Assembly: GCF_006345805.1 (NCBI RefSeq)
Contig: NC_043003.1
Location: 18,910,001 to 18,974,000, forward strand
Origin: Octopus sinensis
Lineage: Eukaryota
Direction: 5' to 3'
Length of the DNA stretch: 64,000 bases
In this document: positions 13,322 through 27,583 of the stretch, in pieces
Position numbering within the stretch: the stretch's first letter is position 1
How the letters are laid out: the number at the start of each line of letters is the position of its first letter
The notes under the pieces: generated by a model
The model's input: only the letters and a program-made list of their open reading frames with translations
Database searches by the model: none
What the model was told of the DNA's origin: nothing
Position numbers and translations under genes: made by a program

Positions 13322-15612
13322 ATTAAGAATTGTATATTCAAATGTTTTGTGTATATTTTAGAAATATAACCAGTTTATTGTGCACAAATGTTAACAAAAT
13401 CTTTTATTGGACCCTAGTTGAGAACCACTGATATAAAGAATGGTAGGATTTTTATTGGAGACTTTCTGTTTTTCTCCACTGGTGCCTGCTTGATGCTTTC
13501 TTAGCCACCAGTAAACCAGTTTATGGCTTTACTATTAGCTGTGAGCCAAATATAATTTATCTGCCCTCTGGTGATACAATCTTAGATTAGAAGGTTCAAT
13601 CTCTCCCCACCCCTCCACTTACCCTCTTTATTATCTCTAATCCTTTTTCCTCTCTCTCATTACTTCTCTTAATTCTCTTTCACCTTCTCCATCATTACTA
13701 CTCTTTCTCATTCACTCACTCTCACATCTCTGCTTCATCTGTGTTGTATCTCCCTTGGCTGCTATTTGTTTTGTTTTGTTTTTTTATTATTCCAAGAAGT
13801 AAAAAAAAAAAAACACTCCAGTTCCTTCTTTCTTTCTGTCTTTTTTCTTGTATACTATCTCATTTACTGAACTCCCCTCTGCAACATCAGTTATCTTAAC
13901 AGGCTAACCTTTCTTATCTGTTCTCAAAATTCCTGATGGTTTTATTTTTCATGGTTGGGCTATATGAATAGAACTGGTACCTGCAGTAGATGATATTTCG
14001 GGGCTGGGTATGAGATAGTTATTTAGGTTGTTTGAATTCATTCAACTTGAAGCTTAGTAGTTTGCACTAGTGACCTATAGAGTATTTCCTTTCTTACCTT
14101 ACTACCTAACAGGCCTTCATCAGGTGCTTGAGTGACTTAAAAACTAGTATCACTGACACAATATCACAAAATTTGAGAGAGGATCAGTTTTTTGTTTTGT
14201 TTTCTTTCATTTTCTCGAGCTTGGTTTCCATGACATATAAGTGACTGAGATCACAACATTCACCCTGAACAGGGTGCCAGTTTGTTACAGGGCTCAAAGC
14301 CAACAATTCTTAAGGAAAGGGACAAGTCTAGTACATCTACCCCAGTAGCTAAGCAGGGAATTTTATTTTATCAACCCCGGTGGGATGAAAAGCATAGCTG
14401 ACTTTGGTTGGGGTTGAGCTCAAAGCATAAAGAGCCAGAAAAAATGTCGCTAATGATTCTACCAACTCACCTCCTAAATGTGAACGGATTACATCAGTCC
14501 CAGTATTTGAAAGCTACTTTTATCGACCCTTGGAGTGTAAAGAGTAAAGTTGGCTCTAGCTGGATTTAAACTCAGAATGTGACTGGCTTCCGTGACTGGC
14601 TTCCATGTCGGTGGCACGTAAAAAACACCATCCGAATCGTGGCCGAAGCCAGTGCCGCCTTGACTGGCTTCCATGCAGGTGGCACGTAAAATGCACCAAT
14701 CCGACCGTGGCCGTTGCCAGCCTCGCCTGGCACCAGTGCAGGTGGCACGTAAAAAGCACCCACTACACTCACGGAGTGGTTGGCGTTAGGAAGGGCATCC
14801 AGCTGTAGAAACATTGCCAGATAAGACCGGAGTGGTGCAGCCTTCTGGCTTCCCAGATCCCCGGTCGAACCGTCCAACCCATGCTAGCATGGAGAACGGA
14901 CGTTAAGCGATGACGATGATGATGAATGTAAAGAGATGCCACTAGCACTTTACTGATTCTGCTATTCCACTGCCCTAATAATGATATTAGTTTCAAACTT
15001 TGGTACGAGGCCAGCAGTTTCGGGGAGGGTTTAAATTGATTACATCAACCCCCAGAACTCGGAATGTAAAGGGCTGTCATTAGCACTCTACTGATTCTGC
15101 TGGTCCACTGCCCTAATAATGTCAATATTAGTTTCAAACTTTGGCACTTATTTTTATCGATCCCAAAAGGATGAATGAAAGGCAAAGTCAACCCTGGTGG
15201 AATTTGAACTCAGAACATAAAAACGGACGAAATGCCACAAAAGCATTTTGCCTCCTAAAACTTAAGAATGTGTAACTTGGTAATAAGACCAACTACATTT
15301 TCATTTGTTTCTTTTTCCGAACATGTTTACAAATTTTTCAATGAATAATTAACACCAGAGTGAAACGATGTTTATGAAATTTCATGAGAAGGAAATAAAT
15401 AAATGGGAAAGCATAATTGAAACCAGGAAAACAGAAGAAACAGACAAGCAAACTTAGTAATTAAAAATAATGGAATATTTTTTTTAAAAAATGTATTTTT
15501 AGTTTTAGTAATAATGAGTTATATGAATTTACTAAACCATCAACACATACTATGTAGGGTTTTATTGAGGGAAGAATACATGTGTAGGCGAAAACTATTC
15601 AGCTAATTTAAA

Positions 15613-15652
<40 letters not shown>

Positions 15653-15959
15653 AGTATGGACATACTGAAGTTAATTGAGATATATATCAATGTAATTAAC
15701 CCTTTTGTTACCACTTTCTTTTGAAAGGTTAATACAACCTTTGTTTCAATTAATTTTGAAAATAATGAAAAATTTTGTAAAATAACTTTGTCATTATTAA
15801 GGCGGTGTTTGGAGCATAAATTAAAATAGCATTGTATGAAAGGTTTTAATTGTAGATCACTCCCAAATGGGAAGCTTGTATCACAAATCAGACTTGGTCT
15901 CAGATGGGTTGGTATCAAAAGGGTTAAGGTTAGCTGTAGATGTTTTGATTTCATTAATC

Positions 15960-16750
15960 AGTTGCTGTTTATATTAGTCAGAATATGAGCGAGTGATATC
16001 CAGACCGGTGAAGATGATACAGTTGATGATCTGCTCAAACTTTCCTTGGGTTGCTGTTTGTGGGGAAAAGAAAAGAAAAAATAAGTGTGCTTGGAGAGAA
16101 ATCGATACAGTTGTAGTTCTGAAGGATTGATCAAAGTATTTAGCATGTGGGTTTGGTAAGTGAAACTTGTATTAACTACGAGAGGATGGGCAACTAATGC
16201 ATCGAGTGCGACAGGGTGAAAGTGGTACACAAGATAGCTAGTTCGGAAGAGCAGAAGTCATTATTTGTAGCTTTTATGATTTTAGCAGTATGTTTTTCAT
16301 ACACAGGGAGTGTAATACAAACTGTTTCTTTTAACATCTGTAGTTATTTGAGTCTTGGTGGTGGTGGGGTTGTTGGAAGTTGATTAGGTTGTCTGGAGGA
16401 TGTTTTTAAATTATTTATTCACGTGAATAGGGCAAGGTGTTCAAGTTGTACTTGGTAGATGTCTTTGTGCAAATGGTTAAGGAGTGATGGATGGTATTGT
16501 CTATCAAGGAATGTATGCAATTAGAAGTAGGTTATTAATGTATGAAAGGAGGAGTTAGCTGAACCCTGAGGTACGCAAGAGTTGATATTGGAAGCAGGAT
16601 AGATCCTTATCAAAGCATACTGCAATGGAGTGGTTACAGAAGGAACACCAAATTGAAACTTTAGTTTGGTTCTTTACCACTGCACCATCTGGCATTGAAC
16701 TATTTCTAGTCAAAGTTGAGGTCTCATGGAAGTTGAGATACATTACATAT
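15960..16750 (-). mobile_element. Degenerate LINE reverse transcriptase (CR1/L2/Jockey group)
   Basis: Minus strand WCSFCNHSIAVCFD then INSCVPQGS, a decayed form of the RT motif W..SFL..R...V..GVPQGS; many stops and frameshifts. Confidence 0.6.
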
Positions 16751-18408
16751 ACACAAAATAAGCTTTGAATTTGTAAAGGAGGTGAAGCATTAGCTGTGTA
16801 TTTGTGGCATTCATGTATTTCTCAAAATCAGCAACAGATCTATGTGATATGTATACATCTTGGAGTTGAAACTAAATCACAGATTCTTCTCCAATACTCA
16901 CCACTAATTCTCTGATGCTCACCAATGTAATCTTATTGCATGTTATTATGCTGTGGTTAATTCATGGATCATATAAAATATATGTAATCATAACATTTGA
17001 ATTAGATCAAATATGAGAGCAATTAATTTGGGTTGGTTTTTTTTTTAGTTTGTGTTTTAATCTTTGGATTTGTTTTAATTATTGTTGCTTACTTTCAGGA
17101 TGGGGAAATATTTACAGTTGGTTTCAGTCTAATGTTTTAGGAGCCTCGTCTGGCCCCTGTGCTGGTGGCACGTAAAAAGCACCATCCGATCGTGACCGTT
17201 TGCCAGCCTCATCTGGCACCTGTGCAGGTGGCACGTAAAAAGCACCCACTACACTCACGGAGTGGTTGACATTAGGAAGGGCATCCAGCTGTAGAAACAC
17301 TGCCAGATCAGACTGGAGTCTGGCGCAGCCTTCTGGCTTCCCAGACCCCAGTTGAACCATCCAACCCATGCTAGGTTAAACGATGATGATGATGATTCAG
17401 ATTACTCTGTCAAATATAATGCTTATTTATTCACATTGTTTTGAACTGATCATGCATTAACTTGTAACTTTGAAATTTCAAAGCTGTGCTTGTTCAATTT
17501 TAGAATGACACTGCTGGGTAGGTGTAAAAGGCTGGACTGTAGCCAGTTTGAACACAAAATGGTTAGAATATTCAGGCCAGATGTGGTCAGTTTAAATTCT
17601 GAAGGATTAAACATCTTGATTTTTGACTTAATATTTGAGGATTTGAATAAAGTACTTGTGTCACTTGGAGTTGTTCTCTTGAAATAGATACCTGTTTATT
17701 TATTCTTGATCCATTTCCATTTATTGGGAATGTTTTAATCTTGTTTGGTTTTTATTATATATTTATTTTTATTTTTCCTCTCAAAACTAAATATTCAACT
17801 TTGTATTTGCTGGGTTTATTAATCCATTGCTGTTGGTTTGTTGTTGATGTGACACCTAATGTATATTGATTGTCAAATCATACTAACCAATGAGGTCAGT
17901 TCCATAATTCCTGAAATCCATTATTACATAATGATCTGCTGCCAATCTTGAGAAATACAAAACCTGTTTGATGCATCTCTCACCAAAGAATTTATATTTA
18001 CTTTGTCTAGGCTCCTAATAACATATGAGAAGAAGTGTAATCTTCCCCACTTTGTTTATTATTTTCTTTTGCAACTAAAGAAATGGTAAAATTTCTATCA
18101 AGAGTACAAATTTCATCTATAATTTTCAAGTCGCAAACTTGTCTTTATATGCAATTTGAATAATTAAGAATTTTGTTTACCTAAACTGAGAGACTCATGA
18201 AAGGTATTGGTTATTCAGATTGAGTTGATGAGACAACACAAGATTTAAGTGCCAAGACAGGCTGTGGTGCTGATCCTTTCAACTCTTACTTGCTGGGAGT
18301 AAAATAGTTCTGTATGTTATTTGGTGCAGGGTCTTTGAGATGTCATATACTGATCGCAACTGGAGACAAAAATGGAAAATCTTATTTATATATAATAATA
18401 ATAATAAT

Positions 18409-18839
18409 AATAATCCTTGAATGGAATTTATAAACATTTAATGCATTGCTATGTGCACTTCCACAAATCACATGATTCTTAAGATCTCTATTTATATTCC
18501 TGGGATGAATGGTGTAGTCTGTTGTAGCCATGGGCATCTGGTTCACCATCATCTTTGATTCATTCTTTCAGGCGATATGCCATTAGCGGATGTACCACTG
18601 AGGGATGTTTATCCCATTTTTACCTGTAAAAAGGGATAAACATCCCTCTGTGGTACATCCGCTAATGGTATATCACCTGAAGAAATGAATCAATGATGAT
18701 GGTCAACCAGATGCCCATGGCTACAACAGACTACACCATTCATCCCAGGAATATAGATTGTGATCTTAAGAATCATGTGATTTATGGAAGCGTACATAGC
18801 AATGGATTAAATGCTTATAAATTCCATTCAAGGATTATT
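18409..18839. repeat. Fold-back inverted repeat, ~210-bp arms, tiny loop
   Basis: aataatccttgaatggaatttataa.. pairs with ..ttataaattccattcaaggattatt; centre ttttac-ct-gtaaaa at ~18624. Confidence 0.92.
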
Positions 18840-20824
18840 GCTGTTATTCTATCTATCCTACATTATCTTGTGCCGGTAGCATGTGAAAAAACATTCGAGC
18901 AAGGTCGTTGCCTGTGTCGCTGGACTGGCTCCTGTGCAGGTGGCACGTAAAAAACACCATTTGAGTGTGGCAGTTGCCAGTACCACCTGACTGGCCCTCA
19001 TGCCGGTGGCATGTAAAAGCACCCACTACACTCTCGGAGTGGTTGGCATTAGGAAGGGCATCCAGCTGTAGAAACTCTGCCAGATCAGATTGAAGCCTGA
19101 TACAGCCATCTGGTTCACCAGTCCTCAGTCAAATCGTCCAACCCATGCTAGCATGGAAAGCGGACGTTAAACAACGATGATGATGATGATTATAGTGGGA
19201 CAACTTCATGCAACCCTGAAAAACTAGCTCACTAGTCGACATCATTAGACAGTGGTTGGCATAATAAAATGGAGCTTTATCTGCATATTCAAAACGTTTC
19301 CCATGAACAAATTTAAATGATATATATCATCATCATCATCATCGTTTAACGATATATATATATATATATATATATATGATACAATTAGCAAAAGAATGAT
19401 ATGACATGTTGGGGAAACTGGCGGCCGATAGGTGTCATTGAACGAAGAGCAAATGCCAATTTGTGAATATCAAATTAGGATGCTTATCTATAAATTAGCT
19501 AGACTAAATTAAACAGCTTTTTTTTTTTTTTTTTTCACTTCACTGAAATTAAAATGAAAAATCCTTGTCTGTGGTTGTTATATATCACCATTTTGTCATT
19601 GAAATAAAATCAATGTTCTGTTTGATTTAACATTTCAAAATGAAGTAATGAAATTCTCTGTTAAATGTATAGTAAATTCTGACATCTAAATAACAGATTA
19701 TAGTTTTTGAATACTTTATATACAAAAAACACTAAACAGAACAGGTTTTTAATTGTATTTACTCTTCTCATTACTTTGAAAATATTGTGTACACAACACA
19801 CATGGCTACTACACCCATCTCTTTTCAGGAATACATACTTTTAACATGCTAACTTTTGCAAACACAACCGTTTTTTTCTGACACCTACATTCAGGTATAT
19901 ATATTCACATACACCTGCCTTGTAACATAGACAAAAGTATGTCAAAATATATTTATAAAATTCTTGATTTATAAAATGTGTAATGATAGCATCAAAACTA
20001 CCAATACTATGTTCACTTACCTAAGATACACTTTTTTGGAACTGTTTTATCTATTTCTTTCCTTGAAGTCTTATCTCTGACTATCTGCAAGAGATGGCCT
20101 GGATTTAGGCAGTTTTGTATATGTTTGTGTCTGTGTGTTTTATGTATGTATGTATGTATGTGTGTATCTCCAGATATATATGCATATATCAAATCAAGTG
20201 TGTGTGTGTGTGTGCATACTTCTGAGTACGTGGGTGTATACATATAAATAAATGGATGCATGTATGTACATATGTATTTACCTGATACCCTGCCTTTGAT
20301 AACACTCAGCTGGAGTATTATTTTGTTGTGAGACCAAAACCTCCCATTCTTTTCTCATGAGAAATGGCTGAATACTTTTTACAAAATATTTAGTGAAATT
20401 CACCGGCTGCTAACTTACCAAATGTTCTCAAAATTAATACTTATTTTCTTCCCCCTTTTTCCTTTTACTCTTCTATTAACTGAATTAGATTGACAGGGTA
20501 AAGAAGTTGGGATAGAAACTCTATCAGAGTGGGTAGTTAGGTAATTATGCATAACAATGCTGCAGTAGCTATAGATCTCTGAGTATATAAGTTTAGTTTG
20601 GGATTTTGGATGCAGGAGCATCATGAATTACTAGAAAGTTAGAGATTTTAACTAGAGAGAGACTTGCATGAGACAGAAGACTTACAGGCGACTGGTGATA
20701 ATGGACCAAGTAGAGAAAGTGGTACAAAGAATAAAGTATAGCAAACTTTTAGTACAAGACAGTTACATTGAATTGGACCCAAAGCTAACATATTTCTAAA
20801 GAGATAGGCGTAAGAGTGGCTGTA

Positions 20825-20988
20825 TAGGTGTAGGAGTGGCTGTGTGGTATGTAGATTGCTTATGAACCACATGGTTCTGGGCTCATTCCTACTGCATGGC
20901 ACCTTGGATAAGTGTTTTCTACTATAGCCTCGGGCCGACCAAAGCCTTGTGAGTAGATTTGGTAGACGGAAACTGAAAGAAGCCCGTC

Positions 20989-21024
<36 letters not shown>

Positions 21025-21170
21025 CATCATCATCATCATCATCGTTTAACGTCCGCTTTCCATGCTAGCATGGGTTGGACGGTTCAACTGGGGTCTGGCA
21101 AGCTCGAGGGCTGCACCAGGCCAGTCAGATCTGGCAGTGTTTCTACAGCTGGATGCCCTTCCTAACGCCA

Positions 21171-21203
<33 letters not shown>

Positions 21204-21415
21204 ATGTATATATTTGTGTGTTTGTGTTTGTCCACCCAACATCGCTTGATAACCGATGCTGGTGTGTTTACATTCCCGTAACTTAGCGGTTTGGCAAAAG
21301 AGACCGATAGAATAAGTACTAGGCTTACAAAGAATAAGTCATGGGGTCGATTTGCTCGACTAAAAGTGGTGCTCCAGCAGGGCCACAGTCAAATGACTGA
21401 AACAAGTAAAGAGAT
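20825..21415 (+). mobile_element. SINE family A with an inverted family C tail nested in its (TA)n (21023-21171)
   Basis: Head, body and tail of family A flank (cat)n..gttctacagctggatgcccttcctaacgcc-like sequence. Confidence 0.85.
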
Positions 21416-22257
21416 AACGGTGAAGTAGTAGTTAGTGCTCAGATATGAATAAATAAATAGCTTCACTTTGGTTTTCCAATCTAGAAAATACCATTGAATC
21501 CAACACTCTAAGTTTATATGGCAATGTCGGGCCAATATTACATGCTTTATTGCTCTAAAAGTCTTTTATCCTGAATATGTGCTGCTGAAATTGGGGTGTG
21601 TCTAATGTACCCATGCATTTTTTATGCCATCAAATATTGTAGGTGTAAAGTGAATGGCTTGTGAAAGCCATTTAGTTCATGTATGAGGGCGAGGTTCAAA
21701 GAGGAATGACCTGGGGAATTTTCACCAGGGATCTACTTTTGGTTTTATTCTCTTCATCGTAGTCTTTAAGAAAATAGTTCACACATGAATGCCCTCAGTA
21801 ACTTCTGTATGGTTCTCATTGCAGAATCTTTTGAAGACATGCAGACAAAAATTCCCAAACCTGGGAGAGTGATTAGCAATGAAAAGCCAAAAGCTTAATT
21901 AATATAGCACACAGCAAAGACAAAAGTTCTAATTAGTAGTAAAAAGAGACAATTTTTTTCAGTATCATTTGGAAAATATCATTGCTCAATGAGTAAGACT
22001 GGAATTGACAAAATATCAATAGCATGTGTTTTATCCAATCATTAGAGATGCAAAAAAAAACCTGGGTAACCTGGGTTATTATTATATACACCAGATGTAC
22101 ATAAGTAGTTAATACCAGGGGCACCTTTGAAATAAAGTCTTTGACATGCTCAGATGGCTTGCTTTACACTTCTTAGTTTTTTTTTTCTTATTTTTTTGTT
22201 ATACAGATAAGGCAGTAAAAAGAGCAGCGTGTGAAGTCTTGCATAACGTTTGAGAAT

Positions 22258-22297
22258 ATGGTGCTTGTTGCAACATCTAAAAAAGGGAATACATATG
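22258..22297 (+). CDS. TMEM183A: TMEM183-family gene, candidate first coding exon (MVLVATSKKGNTY+G)
   Basis: Strong acceptor (long T tract, tacag|22207), ATG at 22258, phase-1 end fits exon 2 (G+AT=Asp). The donor GTTCCC is weak. Confidence 0.45.
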
Positions 22298-22371
22298 GTT
22301 CCCTTTATTTTAACTTAAATATAATACTCCTACCTTTCCTACACACACACAAACATATTCTTTTTTTTTTT

Positions 22372-22739
22372 ATTCTTTTACTTGTTTCAGTCATTTGACT
22401 GTGGCCATGCTGGAACACCGCCTTTAGTCAAGGAAAATCGACCCCAGGACTTATTCTTTAGAAGCCTAGTACTTATTCTATCGGTCTCTTTTGCCGAACT
22501 GCTAAGTTACAGGGACGTCAAGCGATTTTGGGGGGACAAACAGACACACAAACACACACACATACATACATATATATATACATATATATGGCGGGCTTCT
22601 TTCAGTTTCCATCTACTAAATCCACTCACAAGACTTTGGTCGGCCCAAGGCTATAGTAGAAGACAAGGTGCCACGTAGTGGGACTGAACCCTGAACCATA
22701 TGGTTGGTAAGCAAGCTACTTACCACACAGCCACTCCTA
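22372..22739 (-). mobile_element. SINE family A (intronic)
   Basis: Reverse complement of the family A consensus. Confidence 0.88.
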
Positions 22740-23264
22740 AGCCACACATATATATATATGTATTCTTTTATTAATTGTGAATATTATTCACGGCTCTTGG
22801 GTCCTGCAGCTTAGTACTATCAGTTAATAAAAGATTATACTGCATATGCTTCCTTGTAGTCTAGTTCTCTTTTTTTCCTTTTATAAAATTAAACTTCTCT
22901 CTCTCTCTCCCTCTTCTCTCTTTCTTTCTCTCTCATCATCATTGTTTAACATCTGTTTCCCATGCTTGCATGGGTCAGGCAGAATTTGTTGAGGCAGATT
23001 TTTCTACAGCAGGATACCCCTGCTGTCACCAACCTTAACCCGTTTCCAAGCTTGTATGATGGTGAGACCTGTTTACAATTGTCACATGATTTAAAGAAGG
23101 GCACACATACAGCGGACCTCTTTCAGTTTCCATCTGCCAAAATTAAGTCAAAAGGTTTTTGGCTCACTCCAGGGCTATTGTAGAAGATACTTTTCCAAGG
23201 TGGCATACAATGGGACTAAACCCAAAACTACATGGTTGGGAAGCAAGCTTCATGACCACCAACC

Positions 23265-23324
<60 letters not shown>

Positions 23325-23897
23325 GGTGTAGATATGGCTGTGTGCTAAGAAGTTTGCCTGTCAACCACATGGCTCTGAGTTCAATCCCACCGCACAATAT
23401 CTTGGGCAAGTGTCTTCTACTTCAGCCCCAAGCCAACCATAGTCTTGCGAGCAGATTTGGTAGATGGAAACTGAAAGAAGCCCATCGTGTGTGTGTGTTT
23501 TATCTTTCCTTGTCTTGACGTCACATGACAGACGTAAATGATTGTCTCTGTCATACAAGCAGTGTCATTCATTTGTAATATCCTGTGCGAACATATCTGA
23601 TGATGGCTAAATATTACCTTTCTTGGATACAGGTGAGAGTTAGCAACAGAAAAGATATTTAGGCCCTGGAATATATTCCTCAGTTAACTTTGTTCAACTC
23701 ATTTGAACATAGAAAAATAGATGCTAAAATGACAACTTTTTTCATCTGAACATTTGGAGTAGCATTGAAGTCTATCATTAACTTTAAATGCTTTAAATGA
23801 ATAAATAAATTCTATTACTTGTTTTGAGAACTCTTTATTCTGTTTGTACATCCAATCACACACATCATTTCTTTCTTTCTTTCTTTCTTTCTTTCAG

Positions 23898-23969
23898 ATT
23901 TTACCCTCCATGATTATTCGGCTTCTGGAAGATTCAAGAAAGCACATATCAATGCTTTCCATAAAGAAG
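23898..23969 (+). CDS. TMEM183A: TMEM183-family exon 2 (DFTLHDYSASGRFKKAHINAFHKE)
   Basis: (ttct)n-cag acceptor, gtaaga donor, phase 1/1; resembles the TMEM183 N-terminal VTVADYANS..SGRVKKA motif. Confidence 0.88.
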
Positions 23970-24302
23970 GTAAGAAGAAAGAATTTATGAATGTTCCAAG
24001 AGGGAGTAAAAACCTTGGAATGTATTCATTTAATTTTTCAGTATTTTGGGTCTGTGGATATAGCAAGCATAGGATGAATGGCTTGACAGAATATGACCAG
24101 TTGAAGAATTGGTGTCATGCTCCAATATCTGCTTTGGTTTGTGAAGCTGAACGCCTTTCTTAATTCTGACTGCTATACAGAGAATACTGGATGTTTGTTT
24201 GATTTGTTTTTTCTTTGTTCATAGTATGAGCTTGAGTAAGGTCCCCTTATAATTCACAAGACTAACATACTAAATGAGTTAAAGGTATGGTAGAGAGAAG
24301 GT

Positions 24303-24710
24303 AAAGCGGCAAGCTGGCAGAATCGTTAGCACTCCGGGCAAAATGCTTAGCGGTATTTCATTCTGAGTTCAAATTCCTCTGAGGTCGACTTTGCCTTTCA
24401 TCCTTTCGGGGTCAATAAATTAAGGACCAGTTACGCACTGGGATCGATATAATCGACTTAATCCCTTTGTCTGTCCTTGTTTGTCTCCTCTGTGTTTAGC
24501 CCCTAGTGGGTAGTAAAGAAATAGGTATTTCGTCTACCGCTATGTTCTGAGTTCAAATTCTGCCGAGGTTGACTTTGCTTTTCATCCTTTCAGGGTCGAT
24601 TAAATAAGTACCAGTTACGCACTGGGGTCGATATAATCGACTTAATCCGTTTGTCTGTCCTTGTTTGTCCCCTCTGTGTGTAGCCCCTTGTGGGCAGTAA
24701 AGAAATAGGT
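24303..24710 (+). mobile_element. SINE family B with tandem duplicated body
   Basis: B box/core/tail block present twice; same layout at 32834-33230, 34175-34572 (-), 47830-48265 and 49488-49890. Confidence 0.88.
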
Positions 24711-26344
24711 ATGGTAGAGAGAAGGGTGGCTTTATGTTAGGTGTTGTGAAGTTTAAAGTACGATAGGAAGGACTGGAACCAGAGATATTGGCTACTTTAC
24801 ATTGTAAGTAATTACAAAGGTAGGAGTAATTAAGGTGGAACTGGAGAGAGATAAAACTCGCATCATTGAAATATTGTTACCTATTCCTGTTCACTAGGAG
24901 AACATGTAGAATTACATGTGTTGCTCAGAGCCAGAATAAAACTCTTGCAGAGAATTGGCAATCCAATATATTTAATTTCCTTGACTAGTTCCAGACATAG
25001 CTGGTATTTGTATATCTAGTTATGCAGACTGGGGAATGTCAAATTAAGCAGACCATTCAGTGTTTATTAACAAAACAACAACAAAAAAACCCACTTGTTT
25101 GAGTGTTTGAACACTCATCAGACTTGAATCAACCTGCCACAAGTTACTGTGCAAGATCTACAATACATTTTAACATTTTAGTATTTGAACTGGCCATATC
25201 TGACCCAAATATTCTACCTGTTTTATGTTCAAACTGGTCGGATCCAGCATCTTACACCTACCTTACAATGTCGTTCTAAAAATAAAAAATCTAAAAATTC
25301 TACATTGGTGCATCAGCATGGCCACAGCTCTGAGCTGAAACTACAGAAAAAAAAAATCACATAGCCAAAACTTCAAAATAAAGAATGATTAATTCAAAAC
25401 AATATGAATAAATAAGCATTATATTCGACCGAGTAAGCTGGATGCTAAAGAGTTAAATTCACTCTCAGAGCATTAATTAGCACAGGGTTTAGTAGAAGAT
25501 GCTTTCCCAAGCTGCTGTTCAGTGGAACTGAACCCAAGACTACATAGTTGTAAAGTGAACTTCTGAACCATACAGTCATCCTACACGTAATATAGTGTCT
25601 AGTTTAAAAAATGGAATAAGACACTCATCATGGCCGATGCCAGTACTGCTTGACTGGTTCCTGTGTTGGTGGCATCTAAAAAGCCCCATTTGAGTGTGGT
25701 CGATACCAGTGCCGCCTGACTGGCTCCTGTGCTGGTGTCACGTAAAAAGCACCCACTACACTTTTGGAGTGGCTGGCGTTAGGAAGGGCATCCAGTTGTA
25801 GAAACCTTGCCAGATCAGATTGGAGCCTGGTGCAGCCTCCTGGCTTGCCAGTCCTCAGGCAAACCATCCAACTGCATGGAAAGCGGATGTTAAACGATGA
25901 TGATGACGTTAGCATGCAGGGTGAAATAGGTATAAGTGATAAGATACATTAAGGTAACCCTTTCGTTACTGTATCTATTTTGAGATGCTCTGTGTTTCTT
26001 TAAATTACTTTAAATATAACAAAGAATTTAGTAAAATAACTTAGCTATCATTCAGCTAGTGTTTGGAACATAAATCGTGACTAAGGTTTGGTGGAAAATT
26101 TTAATTCAAAACTTATGAAAACAAGACATTTGTACTCAGGACCAGAGCCGGTTTCAGCTGGGTTGGTTACAAAAGGGTTAATAATGGACCTGTTGCTTTT
26201 TTTCCTTTTCATTGATGTCCACTTTATATATTCAACTTGTCCTAAATTTCCTACTGCAATTCTGTTTTTGCTTTGTTTTTTTGTTTTGTTTTGTTTTTTT
26301 TGTTTTTTTTGTTTTTTTTTGTTATTTTACTTTTCTTTCCGTAG

Positions 26345-26506
26345 CTAAACAGTTACAAACAATTCCAACTTTAGTTCAAGATGTTGTTGAAAATTGGTTT
26401 GAAAAAGATGCAGATGACTTCGATACAGACACAGTTTCTTCAAAAGGAGAGGATGACGATGAAGAGGAAAAGAAAAAAATAATTAACGATGAAACAAATA
26501 AATCAA
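26345..26506 (+). CDS. TMEM183A: TMEM183-family exon 3 (acidic region)
   Basis: Polypyrimidine+tag acceptor, gtaaga donor, 162 nt, phase 1/1, open frame AKQLQTIPTLVQDVVENWFEKDADDFD..EEEKKK. Confidence 0.88.
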
Positions 26507-26727
26507 GTAAGAACATCATATGAGTTGTAGAAACTTTGAGAGATTAGAAATAAGCTTCTTTTTTTTTAAAGTGGAGCTCAAAGCAGATAAAGCTATAAGA
26601 AGCATACATAATATTGGTTTAAAACATCATATTTCTGCTGAAATATCCTGCCTTTGTTTCACTTAAAATGAAGAATTTAGTAAAATAACTTTAGTCATCA
26701 TTAAGCAGTTTAGAATATAAACTAACA

Positions 26728-27113
26728 TAGGTGTAGGAGTGGCTGTGTGGTAAGTAGCTTGCTTACAAACCACATGGTTCCAGGTTCAGTCCCACTGCTT
26801 GGCACCTTGGGCAAGTGTCTTCTACTATAGCCTCGGGCCGATCAAAGCCAAGTGAGTGGATTTGGTAGACGGAAAGTGAAAGAAGCCCTTCGTATATATA
26901 TATATATATGTTTGTGTGTCTGTGTTTGTCCCCCCAACATCGTTTGACAACCGATACTGGCGTGTTTACATCCCCGTAACTTAGCGGTTGGCAAAAGGGA
27001 CTGATAGAATAAGTACTAGGCTTACAAAGAATAAGTCCTGGGGTCGATTTGCTCAACTAAAGGCGGTGCTCCAGCATGGCTGCAGTCAAATGACTGAAAC
27101 GAGTAAAAGAGTA
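26728..27113 (+). mobile_element. SINE family A, full length
   Basis: Matches the family consensus end to end. Confidence 0.9.
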
Positions 27114-27583
27114 ACATGAAATTTTAATGGAAGATTTTAATTTAAAATAAGAAATGTGTGTCATAGAATTAGGAGCAGTCTCAGGCAGGATGGTATTGAA
27201 AGGGTCCGTAAAAAAATACTTGTATGGGAAAAAAGTTGAAGGCTGCCTGAGGGGGTATGGTTTGGTGGTGGAGTGGAGGTGGGGGTTAACCCAATATTTT
27301 TCGTGCTGTTATTTTAGCTTTATCTAGTTTCACCTTTTAAAACGATTTAATATCAAGTAAGAACATTTGAATTAATTACCATAGTTCATATTTACAAAAT
27401 AATACTCACCCTGCTAATTTATAAAACAGACATTGATAAATAATCTTAGCTGAGGCCTCTTAGAAACTTTTTAATTCTTTGATGATTGACTGACCACATA
27501 GTGAGGGTGATGACAGTGAGCCTCTATAGATGTACTTAAAACCTTGCCCACTACTCATGGCCCCTTGATGCTTTAGATTAGAT

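Noticed and set aside
17099-17131. Alternative first exon (tttcag|GATGGGGAAATAT..)
   Set aside because: Its donor would be phase 0, incompatible with the phase-1 exon 2; no TMEM183 similarity.
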